A stretch of DNA of 64,000 nucleotides from the NCBI RefSeq assembly GCF_011386835.1, contig NC_088796.1:2790001-2854000 (forward strand). The letters run 5' to 3'. Below, in pieces: positions 12,007-23,372 of this stretch (position 1 is the first letter of the stretch; every line of letters starts with the position of its first letter). The position numbers and the translations under genes were made by a program. The notes beneath the pieces were generated by a model. It saw nothing but the letters and a program-made list of their open reading frames with translations. It searched no databases and was not told the origin of the DNA. The DNA is from Chrysemys picta bellii. Taxonomy: Eukaryota.

Positions 12007-14215
12007 ACAGGCTGCCTTTGAACCCTGCTCCCGTCACAGAGGGCACCTGCCAGCAGGGATGGGCTTGGAGAGGCTCGGAACGGGGACAGTGCAGACAGGG
12101 TGCATGCAGCGAACACATTGCTTCAGCAGCAGTTTAGATCCCCTGTTCAGTTTTACATCGGCCCCAGGTTTGCATGGAGCTGGGCTTCCTCAAGGACCAA
12201 GCAGCGTTTAAGAAAGCTCCACCCTCTCCTGGCAGCAGGGGAGAAGACTGGGATATCCACAGACCTGGGGAAGCAGCAGGGTGCAGGGAGATGAAAGTTG
12301 AGGTCACAGCAAAAGCCCTAAGGTGACCCACCTTCCTGCTCAGACTGAGCCACGTCAGCAGTTTCTGGCCTCATTTAGCATCCCACATGCTCATCTAGAG
12401 CGTCTATTAGAGAACAGCTTTTACTGGGGAGTCTGAACAGGGCAGCACAGGAGCAAGGGAGAGTCAGGACTATTAACCCTCAGCCAGTCCTTCCCTCGGG
12501 GCCCTGGGAGGTTCTTCTCCAGGGTCGTTTTTCTAGAGCTTTATACAGTGCTTAGTGATGGGACTCTCCCGTCTCCCGCGGGGAGCCTCTCTCACCCTCA
12601 ATTCAGCTGTGTTTGCCTTTCGATTTAACCCCCCCACTCCTAGGTACACCCCAACTGAAATAAAAGTCTTGTTCGGATTAACCCCCCCAGGTGGTTTGTT
12701 TCTTCACTGGAGGCAGGCGATTCTGATTTTAGACAGCAGAGGACTGCTGCAGTTCAGACAGTCCATCGCAGCAGTGACATACTGAACTGGCTCAGTCACG
12801 GGCAAGTGATTTTAAGAGCGAGAACTGCCAGGATGGAGATTTTCTACAACTCTTGCGGGTCTTTCTTACTTGCTTAGATAAACCAGAAAAACTAGCTACC
12901 CCAGCTCCCAGTAAAGCTTCCAAGCCACGCACTGGGAATTACAGCAGCCCCACCTTCTGTGCAGCACGCGGAGGCTGCAGTGAGAGCGCCTTCCTGTCAC
13001 CAGTTCCCAAAGAAGCTCTTCAGTTCTCTTCACACGTTGCTGATGTGCCTAGTTCTCCCATGCCCACAGGGAGAGGATACATAGACTCTTGCCACTAATC
13101 ATTCAAACAGCATCACGCTAAGAACAGAGACTTTGGTCGCTAACTGCAGAGAGATCCCTTTCTGCTCCCGAGGGCACAAAGGTATCTTTGACCCCTGCAG
13201 ATTTATGGTGAGGCCTCAGAAAAGCTGATGCACCTACTCATTAAGCCTGCTGGGGAGAATACATCTTGCTCGCGGAGCAGCCTGTTTATACCAGACCTTC
13301 TGCTCTTTTAAGTGCTAAACTCTTTTGCTGATTAATGCAAATGCTATTCTCTGCTCTCTCCATCCTCAGCAAATAGGGCTGCAGAAGCTTTCATATTCTA
13401 CTAATAAGGCTGTGCGTGGTGGAACAGCTCCCTACTCCATGCCAACAGGGAGACAACAGCAGCGACTTAGTTTCAAAACAAGAATCTATTACTTAAATTG
13501 GGAAAGGCTTTGAAACATGTAGGTCAGTACGTACCAGCAAGAACAAAGGAAAGGGGAAAAAAAAGAGTGGGACTAGTGCACAAGTAACACCACTGCACAG
13601 ACACACTAAGCCCCAGTGAAAGGAAAAAGGGGGCAAAGAGCGTCTGTAGCTAGAAAATCTGTGCGAAGGAAAGAGTTAGTAGTGAGAGTTATTCTGCAGC
13701 CCATATTTGATCAAGGATATAAACACCTTTCATTTCTATGCTCTCAAGAAGCCTTCAGAATAACCGGGTGAAAAGCGAAGAAGGGCCCATTTCGTTCATG
13801 AAGCTATCAGAGTGAGCGGCAATGACTGCCTTGATATAGGTCCCCGTCCATCCTTCTGCCTTATCTAACTGGCATCTTTGTGTGATGAGGGCAAGGAGTT
13901 GGGATCGCATGCTGAAAACTGGCTTTGATTGGCCACAGAATAATTAGTTGAGAACTGGGTCAAGCGATTATCTTTGGCTCTTAGGAGAGACGGCATCGTC
14001 TGGGTGTTTGTTCTTCCCAGCTTTGGTAGTAGTAACCTTGTTTCAGAGGCAGGAATGAGTCATGGGGATAATTCCGGACACGCTACCCACGCCTGTGAAC
14101 ATTCGCTACTTTTTTTACGTATAAACGCTTTCTTGCTTACAGCAGCACATTTAAACCCACCCGGCTAACTGGGTACTCACACGCCTCCAAGCCATTCACC
14201 ATCCCAGTCCCTTAC

Positions 14216-14426
14216 CTTCTTCCCCATACTGATCATAGACAGCCCTTTTCTTGGGATCACTCAGGACATCGTAGGCCTCTGCGATCTCCTTGAACTTCTC
14301 CTCTGCACTGGGGTCTTTGTTTTTATCAGGGTGATACTTCAGGGCCATTTTCCGATAAGCTTTCTTGATCTCATCTTCGTTTGCTCCAGACTGGAGCCCC
14401 AAGGTCTTGTAATAATCCTTTCCCAT
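14216..14426 (-). CDS. DNAJB5: DNAJB5 J-domain coding segment (exon spans 14216-14460; canonical ATG at 14426)
   Basis: [70 protein letters not shown] with the HPD motif. Acceptor tttcag ends at 14461; donor G|GTAAG at 14215. The 211 nt give phase 1, joining 6531 to make GGG-CTC-AAA. Confidence 0.98.
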
Positions 14427-14699
14427 GACTGCGACGTTGCCTCCGGTCGAGTCTTTATTCCTGAAAGGAGACAGACAGTGCTCTGTAATGCATGTATTGC
14501 CCGACAACGTTAGGGGAACCGGCAATTCTCCTGCTCCCCCCACCACAGACTTACCCCAGACCAACCTCATGTTCCCATCACAGCTCTCCATAACCTTTGC
14601 CCAATTTACATCTTACACATTTTCTGTTAAGGGACCAATTCAAGACCCTGCAACACATTTCACCATGTCTAGTGGTCCGAGCAGGGCATCGGGAAACAG

Positions 14700-14830
14700 G
14701 CCCACTCTGCCACTCATTTCACCTTTCTGTGCCTCAATTTCCCAACCTGTAAAATGGGAATCGTGATGCTCCCCCGTGGTGACGTGCGTTGAAGTTTATG
14801 GATACAAAGTGCTAAGCTAGTGCACAGTAC
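14700..14830 (+). mobile_element. MIR/CORE-SINE fragment (similar remnants near 9030, 27560, 36290, 42810)
   Basis: ctgtgcctcaatttcccaacctgtaaaatgggaat is a MIR core motif. Confidence 0.65.
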
Positions 14831-14932
14831 TGTTATATGGCTGATCTGACTAATAATGTCACATGAGGCTGTGACCTGAGCAGCAGCTCTGCCCACCTAC
14901 GAATGGGTGGGGGTGCATGGGGGAGGAAAGTC

Positions 14933-15045
14933 TAGGGTGACCAGACAGCATCGGGACAGGGGGTGGGGAGTAATAGGCGCCTATAGAAGAAAAAGCCCCA
15001 AATATTGGGACTGTCCCTATAAAAAAGGGACATCTGGTCACCCTA
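14933..15045. mobile_element. hAT MITE, family B (TIR TAGGGTGACCAGA; Blackjack/MER81-like)
   Basis: TIRs at both ends and a perfect 8-bp TSD GGAAAGTC. Confidence 0.9.
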
Positions 15046-16399
15046 GGAAAGTCTGAACTCAGCAGCCCCTCTCCCAAGAGCAGCAGCCTCACGTGACTTC
15101 ACGAGCAAGGTCCTCCGCATGCCTGGGTCCTCCAGGGAAGGAAGAAACCAGGGCCATAAATTTCTAATGCAAAAAACAAGCAGAACTTTAACCAAAAAAC
15201 CCAAACCAATTTGAGGTGACCCTTTTGCCTCAGTGCTAGGGAAGAGTGAGAACCAAAGGGGCTTGCGTGCTGTGTAGTTCACCTTAAAGGAACTTGAAAC
15301 ATTTTGTTCTGCAAAGTGATTGGCGTTCATTTGGGGATAAGTGCTTCTCACCACGCAAGAGCTGTAATTTGTATGTAAAGACGACAAAGGATGGAGCTGT
15401 TAGATAGAAATATCTTGTGATGATGGGAAGATATTTATAAAGTGTTTTCTAGCCTAGCTAGGACTGTGTTAGAGAGTCTGCAACTAACAAATTATGTAGC
15501 CGTAAGTTAGAAATATCAGTAACCCTAGGCATGGCTAAGTCTCATATCCTGACACAGTGCAATGAAGTCAGCCACACATAATAAACTCACTGGATTCACT
15601 TTCTCCGTGGCATGGGACAGCCTGAAGGGCAGGGAGATGGCATAGGACACCTAGCTGGCCCAGAACCCAGGAAAGGGACCGGGGCAGACAATGGCATTCC
15701 ACAGGCACCAGGCTGAAGACTGAAAGCTGTCAGAGTCCTGGAAAATCGTGAGAGCAGCTGGAGACGTACACATGCTCAGAGATCTAGGGCAGGAGTTATG
15801 GCAAAGGCTCAGCAAAGTTCACATTTCTCAGATGTCTCTTCCCAATATCCTGCTTCCTAAAGAGGCACATTCAGCGCCTGAGTGAGGAAGGTGAGCGAGA
15901 ATCGATTTCCTGTTAATCAGTTCCATTGGTAATTAGAACTAATCACCCCGTATGCGGCAGCAGGAATTGCTGGAAGCACACCCAGAATGGCAGGCCTGCA
16001 CGCAAGTAGCGTAGGAGTTCTATTGTTAGAGACAGAAGAAGGCCTCTGGGGGCGTAAAGAGCATCCCACAGCATTCTCCCAGCCCAGCTTCTAAATGCCA
16101 GCACGTTTCCGGACCCATACACCCCCAAAGCATTGCAGCTTCTGTGCTAGCAGCACCTGCATTTCAAAAACCCACCCAGACAGTCCCAGATTCTCTCTCC
16201 CTTGCCCACAATGCTGGTCTGCTGGCTCCTACATACAAGGGGGAAAACACAATGGGACTGGAATGCCAGTGAGCGAGGATATTGAGCTGAAAGCTTGTCT
16301 TCCTCGGTAGCCAGGGGCTAACGTCTCCGATACACTGCCTTTCCTCTCCACGCACACGCACAAACGCCTGTGCGGGCTCTCTGCATCTTGTGATTAGCC

Positions 16400-16860
16400 T
16401 ACCATGACATCCTCTTGGCTGGCTTTGACAGAGCCCATCTTCAATTTAAAATCCTGCCACCACGATAATTTTCATAGCTCCTCGCTTTGACCATGTCACC
16501 TCTCTCTTTGCACCCCTCTGCTGGCTCCCCATTCTCTATCCTGCCAACAGAAAGTACTTGCCCACACTTTCAAGGCCCTTCATGGCCTATCCCCATCGGC
16601 TCTTATTCACTACTGAGATGTTGACTCCTGCCTCCTATTGGCCAGTGATGCCAGCCTTCATCATTCAATTTCTAAGTCTTTAAACAAGCACCTCCGCGCT
16701 TTCTCCCACGCTGCCCCTCACACGGGTAGGCACTCCCCATACAGATCCCCACAGCTATCTCCTGGCCCTCCTTCACACTCTGCTTTGCCGTGATGCCTAT
16801 GACAAACCAGACAAGGAATACACAGCTGGTGTGCTAAGACCATGCCTGTCCTGCTGACCA
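16400..16860 (+). mobile_element. L2 LINE 3' fragment
   Basis: Degenerate ORF2 C-terminal motifs DHVTSLFAPLCWLPI and KVLAHTFKALHGLSP. Confidence 0.7.
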
Positions 16861-18058
16861 ATATTGGGGATATCGACACCTCCTGGTGGAGATGTAAGTT
16901 CCAGCTTGAGGAGACGGACCTGCGCTAGCTCTGATCAAGCTAGAGGGCTAAAACATCGCAGTGTCGCAGCGACGGCGCGAGCACCGGGAGGCGTTAGCCA
17001 CCCCGAGTGCACACCGCCCAAGATGGTAGGTCTGTACTAGGGGTGGCTAGTCCTCCTGCCGCGGCAGCTACACTTCTGTTTTTAGGGTGACGATGTTTCC
17101 TCAAACTGGAATTTATGCCTCCAGCTCACAGTGTAGACAGACATCCCCTTGTCTTATTGTGTCCTTGTGCTTCTTCATCCATCTGTTCATATCCACCTGC
17201 TGTCACCCATCGTACACTTATGTTGTAAGAGACTAGAGCCAGGGACCATCCTTTTGTTGTGTCTGTACGATGCTCAGTGCAACGGGGTCTCGGTCTGTGA
17301 CTGAGGCTTCCAGGCACTATTGCAATACAAATAAATAAAAACAAACAGACAGGCCAATGGTCATCTAGCTCAATATTCGATCGGAGAGTGGGCCATGTCA
17401 GATGCTTCAGAGGAAGACAAACCTCCCATCATGTACCTAACCAAGCAAGAACAAGCCACATAGAAAGAGGCACATTTCTTCCTGACCCCTGAAGCATGCT
17501 CAACCTATGCCCTGAAGCATGAAGATGGAAAGCCTTGAATGTTATCCCGGTTGCTGTAACTGCAGATGCTATTAGTTTCTAACTAATCTGTTTTAGTACT
17601 CTCACCTCTGGATTAGTGGAACACGAAAGTGCAGGACTTTGGCTCCTACCCAATGCAGACAGTCCAACCCTGGGGAGGGAATTACCCTGCCAAAAAAGAC
17701 TGATTCTTTCTGCCGGTCTCTGGCAGAAGTTAAAGATCCTAGACACACTTTTACAAGAGAAAAGGACAGTTCCAGTCCCAGAGGCTTGACCAATGTTCTC
17801 TCTCTCAAAGACTCCTGTTTCCACAAAGGTGTATTTGTCCACACAGTTACTGCACCACCAGTACTGGGCTATCTAATAAAGCCAGCTTCTATTCTGCTCC
17901 TACAACGCGGCCACTGTAAGCTCCTGGGAGGGGTAGGAAGCATAGGGGAAGGACTTGCAGGTCATGCAAGAACCTCATTTGATAGGTAATCACCCTGTTC
18001 TAATCACATTGTGGGTGCCCTCCTTAATGTCCTTCATCAGGTTGGGGGAAGAGGAAAA

Positions 18059-18248
18059 AGAATCATAGAATCTCAGGGTTGGGAGGGACCTCAGGAGGTC
18101 ATCTAGTGCAACCCCCTGCTCAAAGCAAGACCAATCCCCAGACAGATTTTTGCCCCAGATCCCTTTACATGGCCCCCTCAAGGGCTGAACTCACAACCCT
18201 GGGTTTAGCAGGCCAATGCTCAAACCACTGAGCTATCCCTCCCCCCCG
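18059..18248 (-). mobile_element. Tortoise Pol III/SINE (tRNA-derived head, CR1-like tail)
   Basis: On the minus strand: GGGAGGGATAGCTCAGTGGTTTGAGCATTGGCCTGCTAAACCCAGGGTTGTGAGTTCA head followed by a CR1-like 3' end. Confidence 0.85.
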
Positions 18249-19122
18249 AAGAAGAAAACGTGCAGTAGCGTTTGACGCTGTAAAGTCTTTTGTCTGACTA
18301 CTGCCCACGCTCAGAGAGGCTTTTTCAAGCAGGGCAGCTGAGAAAAAAGCAGCCTGCAGAGATTTCCCCAGAAAGGCGCCCAGAGCAGGGGCGGTTAGAT
18401 GACCGGTCTCAGAGAACATCACAAAATCTTGCAGGTCATTCAGTGGGTTAGCCCCCTTTCTGACGCAATCCTGCATGTATGCATTGATCAAACACGACTC
18501 TGCCCCTGTAATAGCTCCCCTCCCACCCGCCCAGGATCAGCTGTCTATTTCCACAACTCTTCTGTCAGATTCTGCTGGATCGCACTTTAACTCTGAATCA
18601 GCCAGGAGGCATTCTGGGCCAAGATTTTCAAAATGGACTAGTGATTTCGGTGCCTGATATTTCAGGTCCCAGCTGAGACACTACAAGGTGGATTGAATTC
18701 CAGAAATTACTGAACACCCATCCTTGAACATCAGGGACCTTTCAGGAATTTCAAGTTGGTGACCCAAAAACTGAGGTGCCTCAAAGCACTAGCCACTTTT
18801 GAGAACCTCGGTCCTAGCCTCAGTCCTAGCCTAGCATGGCATCAGACAGTGCGACTTCTGGGGTCAGTGAGACAGTGGATATCAATCATTTGATACAATC
18901 ATCCTACTAAGTTCATGTAAAGCAGCAATCCTACATGGATGGATGAGGTCATAAGATTTTCCATTTCTAACTTCTGATTCTGTGGTCATGACATGATAAC
19001 AAAGACCATTCACAAGACAAAGATGGGTGCTGATGGAGAGCTCTTTGGTTTGTAACACATTTGTCTTCATTAATGAGCATTTATGGAGAATACACAAGCA
19101 TGAGACAAGTAAACTGACTTAC

Positions 19123-19190
19123 CGAAACTTTAGAAACATATTCAGTGTCCAAGCACTCATTTTTAAAGGCTCTAACTTTATTTTAAACAT
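19123..19190 (-). CDS. DNAJB5: DNAJB5 alternative upstream coding exon (N-terminal extension MFKIKLEPLKMSAWTLNMFLKF-R)
   Basis: ATG at 19190 and donor CG|GTAAGT at 19122. It splices in frame to 14460 (CGG AAT AAA GAC = RNKD...VAVMGKDYY). It matches the human DNAJB5 long-isoform peptide MFKIQLEPLKLRAWTLNGFVKFRNKETSAGPVAV as I recall it. Likely acceptor after a pyrimidine-rich tract at 19244-19243. Confidence 0.88.
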
Positions 19191-21504
19191 CAAACTGGCA
19201 ACAAATTCTTCAGTGCTGACAGTTACCAAGACTTCTTCTGGTCTGGAATGGGTGGTGGTACGGGATGAAGAGAAGCGAATGACTCACTCAGAGCATAAGC
19301 AACCGCAAAGGCACTCAGCTCTACAATTGCTATTCTGACAGCATGGAAGAGATTCCTCAGTAAAGAATGAGGCATTTCCGATTCAGCGGAACGGCTCTGG
19401 ACCTATGCTGAACTCCGCTCTGAGACCAGCCAACACAGTTCTAAAATGGGAAGGATGGAAGGGTTGACTGCTGGAAACAGGACTTCCAAGTGAGCTGAGC
19501 AGTTCAGAAAGCAGCCTCCATGCTTGATGAAAAAAGCTTTCCTTTGTGTGCTTTCTAGCCGCACTAAGCAATCCCCTCCCCGTTACAGAATGGGGAAGAA
19601 ACCATTCAATGAAGTCACTTGACAAGCAGTAATTCTCCCTAATTGGTTTCTTGCTGCTTGCTTGGGCTGAAAGAGCACTGGTCCTTCTAATTCCGGCTGC
19701 AATTCATCATGCACAATTCCCAGAGCGAGACCCTTCTATGAGTCGGCTCGGACGTCCTTGTCATTTATAAACGTGGTGTCAGAAAGGATGAGGTGCCCCT
19801 GGAATTGCAGCAACACTGCTCTACCCCGGAGTCGGTTAGTTACCTTTATCTTCTCTAATACAGCCACCTACTGCAGTTAAGCAGGTAAGAGGATGGATGT
19901 AATTAGAGCGGGGAATACACCGTCCCCTGGCTTCACCAGAAATTACTTGTTTGACGTCTCAATTGTGTCAGTGGCACTTTACCCCACGGACAAACCAGAG
20001 ACAGAGAAAACTAGGACAGCGACACTTCCTAAGTCAGAAAAAAGTAACATTAACCATTTTGGACCTCCCTGTCCTCCCCTTTAAGACCCCAGGCTCAATG
20101 TATGTCTGTTTCCTGCCTGCAGGCTGTATTCACTGCTCTGCCCCTTCTCCCCGCAGCAGAAAGGGGCTTGTGAACACTGCATTTTCAAACAGAGGGACTC
20201 TCCCAAATTTCTAATGCTCCCATCACTGAGGCATCTGATGGATGCTTCTTTCAGACTGGATATCGCAGAGTCTGAAAAGTCACCTTCATGCATATGTTTA
20301 TTGCTCTCACTGCAGGCTACCGCTGTCATTCAGGATCTCAGATAAAAGACCAACGGCAGGGTAATAAACAATGGGTAACCTCACAACAAAACAGCAAAGG
20401 TAGTTCTGATTGTACAGCATATCGCTCATTTAACAGAGACAGTCCGGGCTCGCTGCACAGTAACATAGCACTAGCAGAGCGCTGCTTCATGCCTCACCTG
20501 AGAAAATACTGCTTCTGAAATTAAGTCATTGCCATCAGCAAATCCCTTACTTTCTTCTGTTGTTAACTCCACACTAACACAGGACTGTAACACGCACTCA
20601 AGCATTGAAGGTCACAGATGGAGTACATTTAGATATAAAATGCCCAGAGAGATTTGCAAGTTAGCAAAACAAAAAACAAAAAAAAACACAGCCACCAACA
20701 ACCCCCCTCAAACAATGTGCGATGTTCTGTCCCCTTCAAACAATCTAACACAAACTGCTGAATTCTAGAGAAACCCAGACCAGCCAGCTCTTTAGAACTA
20801 GGGACAATTTCACGCTCACTGAACGATTGTTATTTCATGAAAACAAAAAGGACACCGATTACACACTGATCAGCGAGGCAGGGCAGGCAAAGACCCAGAT
20901 GCACCTAAGGAATCCAAGACAGACAACAGAAAGGCAGACCCGAACTGACACAAGGGTTTGCAACTAAACAAAAGTTTCTTCATCTTGCATCTCGGAAATA
21001 AATGAGAGCCTCTAAATCAGAGAAGTATTAAACCAGAAGATACCTCTCCATGCGACTCCAGAAGAGCAGAATTGCTGGCATGTCAGCCGAACGGAGTCAC
21101 CTGCAGCTCGATACCAGCAGCCAAGACCAAGTTTGGTAAGGCTGACAAGACAGCCCTAGTGAGGAGACTTTACCAGGGCAAGGAGAGCCACCAGTGCCCA
21201 GGCTGGCTGCCAGCCTGGAGTAACCATCCAGAAATGTCATGACTACACCAAGTGAATCATCGCTAGTTCCCACACAGCGCAGCCCCCAAAGCCCCCCCGC
21301 TAGTTAATTCCCCCGCATGGAACCGGCTGGAACACAGGGTCCAGGGATATGAGAGCGGTAACGAGTTAACCCTTCCCCTGCCAGAGCCTCCCACACAACC
21401 AGGGGCAGCCACATCCCCTGGGGAGGGTTCGGGGGGACAGGGCAACACTCTGCCACCATTGCAATGGATACGTGGAGGGAACCTGACACTCAGACCTGTG
21501 CCAT

Positions 21505-22860
21505 CCGCCGCGCATGGGGGGCCCTGACACTCAGCCCCTTGCCCCCCCTTCCCAGGTGTGCATGTGGGGGGGGGCCTGACTCAGCCCCGTGGCCCCCCCT
21601 TCCCAGGTGTGCATGGGGGGGGGGGCCTGACTCAGCCCCGTGCCCCTCCCTAGTGTGTGCATGTGGGGCCCTGACGCTCAGCCCCGAGCCACCCGCCCTT
21701 CCTGGGTGAGCGCGTGGGGGGCCCTGACACTCATCTCTGGGCCACCCCCCCTTCCTGGTGTGCCCCCCTTCCCGAGTGTGTGCATGGGGGGCCCTCACAC
21801 AGCCCCTACCCCCCCTTCCCAGGTGTGCGTGTGGGGGGCCCTCACACAGCCCCATGCCCCCCCTTCCCGGGTGTGCACATGGGGGGCCCTCACACAGCCC
21901 CATGCCCCCCCTTCCCGGGTGTGCGCGTGGGGGGCCCTGACACAGCCCCGAGCCCCCCCTTCCCGGGTGTGCGCGTGGGGGGCCCTGACACAGCCCCGAG
22001 CCCCACCCTTCCCGGGTGTGCGCGTGGGGGGCCCTAACACTTGCCCCCCCTTCCCCAGGACTGTGCATGGGGGGGGCCTGGACACTCAGCCCTGTGTCCC
22101 CCCCCTTCCCGGGAGTGCGCATGGGGGGCCCTGACAGAGCCTAGTGTCCCCCTTCCTTTATGGGGGTCCCTGACACTCAGCCCTGTGCCCCCCTTGCCAG
22201 GAGTGCATGTGGGGGGCCTGGACACTTGCCCCCCCTTTCCCAGGACTGAGCGTGGTGGGGGGGCTAACACTCAGCCCCCCCCTTCCCGGGAGCGCACGTG
22301 GGGGGGCCCTGACACTCAGCTCCCCCCTTCCCGGGAGCGCACGTGGGGGGGCCCTGACACTCAGCTCCCCCTCTCCCAGGAGTGCGGGCGTGGGGGGCCC
22401 TGACACTCAGCTCCCCCTCTCCCAGGAGTGCGGGCGTGGGGGGCCCTGACACTCAGCTCCCCCTCTCCCAGGAGTGCGGGCGTGGGGGGCCCTGACACTC
22501 AGCCCCCCCCCCCTCCCGGGAGTGCGCGCGTGGGGGCCCTGACACTCAGCCCCCCCCCCTCCCGGGAGTGCGCGCGTGGGGGCCCTGACACTCAGCCCCC
22601 CCTCTCGGGAGCGCGCGCGGGGGCCCTGACACTCAGCCCCCCCCCCTCCCGGGAGTGCGCGCGTGGGGGGCCCTGACACTCAGCTCCCCCTCTCGGGAGC
22701 GCGCGCGTGGGCCCTGACACTCAGCCCCCCCCTCTCGGGAGCGCGCGCGTGGGGGGTCGGACACTCAGCCCCCCCTCCCGGGAGCGCGCGTGGGGGGCCC
22801 TGACACTCAGCCCCCCCCTCTCGGGAGCGCGCGCGTGGGGGGTCGGACACTCTGGGGGGA
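21505..22860. repeat. GC-rich minisatellite in DNAJB5 intron 1 (~41-48 bp unit, roughly 30 copies)
   Basis: Repeated GGGGGCCCTGACACTCAGCCCCCCCCTCCCGGGAG(T/C)GCGCGCGTG with variable G and C runs. It generates the repetitive ORFs in the track. Confidence 0.95.
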
Positions 22861-22915
22861 CCCCCGGCCCCCCCGCTCCCAGCGGTCTCAGCAGCGGCGG
22901 CCCCCGCGCACTCAC

Positions 22916-23060
22916 CGCTCTCGCCGTCCCGGGGCGCCGCGCACACTGAGGCTCCGCCAGCCGCCTCCCCCCGAGCCAGCCGGGCCGTGACGTGGGGGGA
23001 ACCCGCCCCCGCCTAGCAACTCGCCTGCCCACCCACAGCCCGCGGCCGGCCCTCGCAACT
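22916..23060 (-). other. DNAJB5: DNAJB5 non-coding first exon (5' end approximate)
   Basis: Consensus donor G|GTGAGT at 22915-22910 inside a CpG island, with no ATG in the exon. CCAAT and GC boxes lie directly upstream. Confidence 0.75.
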
Positions 23061-23357
23061 CCACTGGCCACCGCGGCTGCCAATCCCGGCAGCGCTCTAC
23101 TCCCATTGGTCTGCCCGGGGGGCGGCTCCTAGGCGCGCCGCCGTGGGAAACGGCCAGGAGCGCCTGCCTCTTCCCAGGTGCGATTGGTTCACTGCCCTCG
23201 CGATCACCCTCTAGTGCCCGCCTCCCACCCCCTCTCATTGGTCGGAGAAACCCAGCACCGCCCATAGCGGCTTCTTATTGGTCAATCTGGCGCCTTCACG
23301 ACCCGCCCTGCGCTTTCTCATTGGCTCCCGTAGCATGCATCCATGTGGAATCCCTGG

Positions 23358-23372
23358 GGAATCTTCTGGAAG
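23358..23372. promoter_or_regulatory. Heat shock element (nGAAnnTTCnnGAAn)
   Basis: GGAATCTTCTGGAAG has three perfectly alternating pentamers, about 300 bp upstream of exon 1 of an HSP40 gene. Confidence 0.7.

Noticed and set aside
14461-14591. MESCDGN...LSPF upstream part of the 131-aa ORF
   Set aside because: Intronic read-through. The acceptor at 14461 and the 19123 donor explain the real N-terminus.
18190-18248. tRNA genes at 18190-18248, 51940-51999, 44387-44440 and 45889-45975
   Set aside because: SINE heads or degenerate remnants without a complete cloverleaf.
21490-22990. Many Pro/Gly/Ala-rich repetitive ORFs
   Set aside because: Translations of the minisatellite and CpG island.
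23080-23330. ER stress element (CCAAT-N9-CCACG)
   Set aside because: None of the five minus-strand CCAAT boxes I checked is followed by CCACG at 9 nt.
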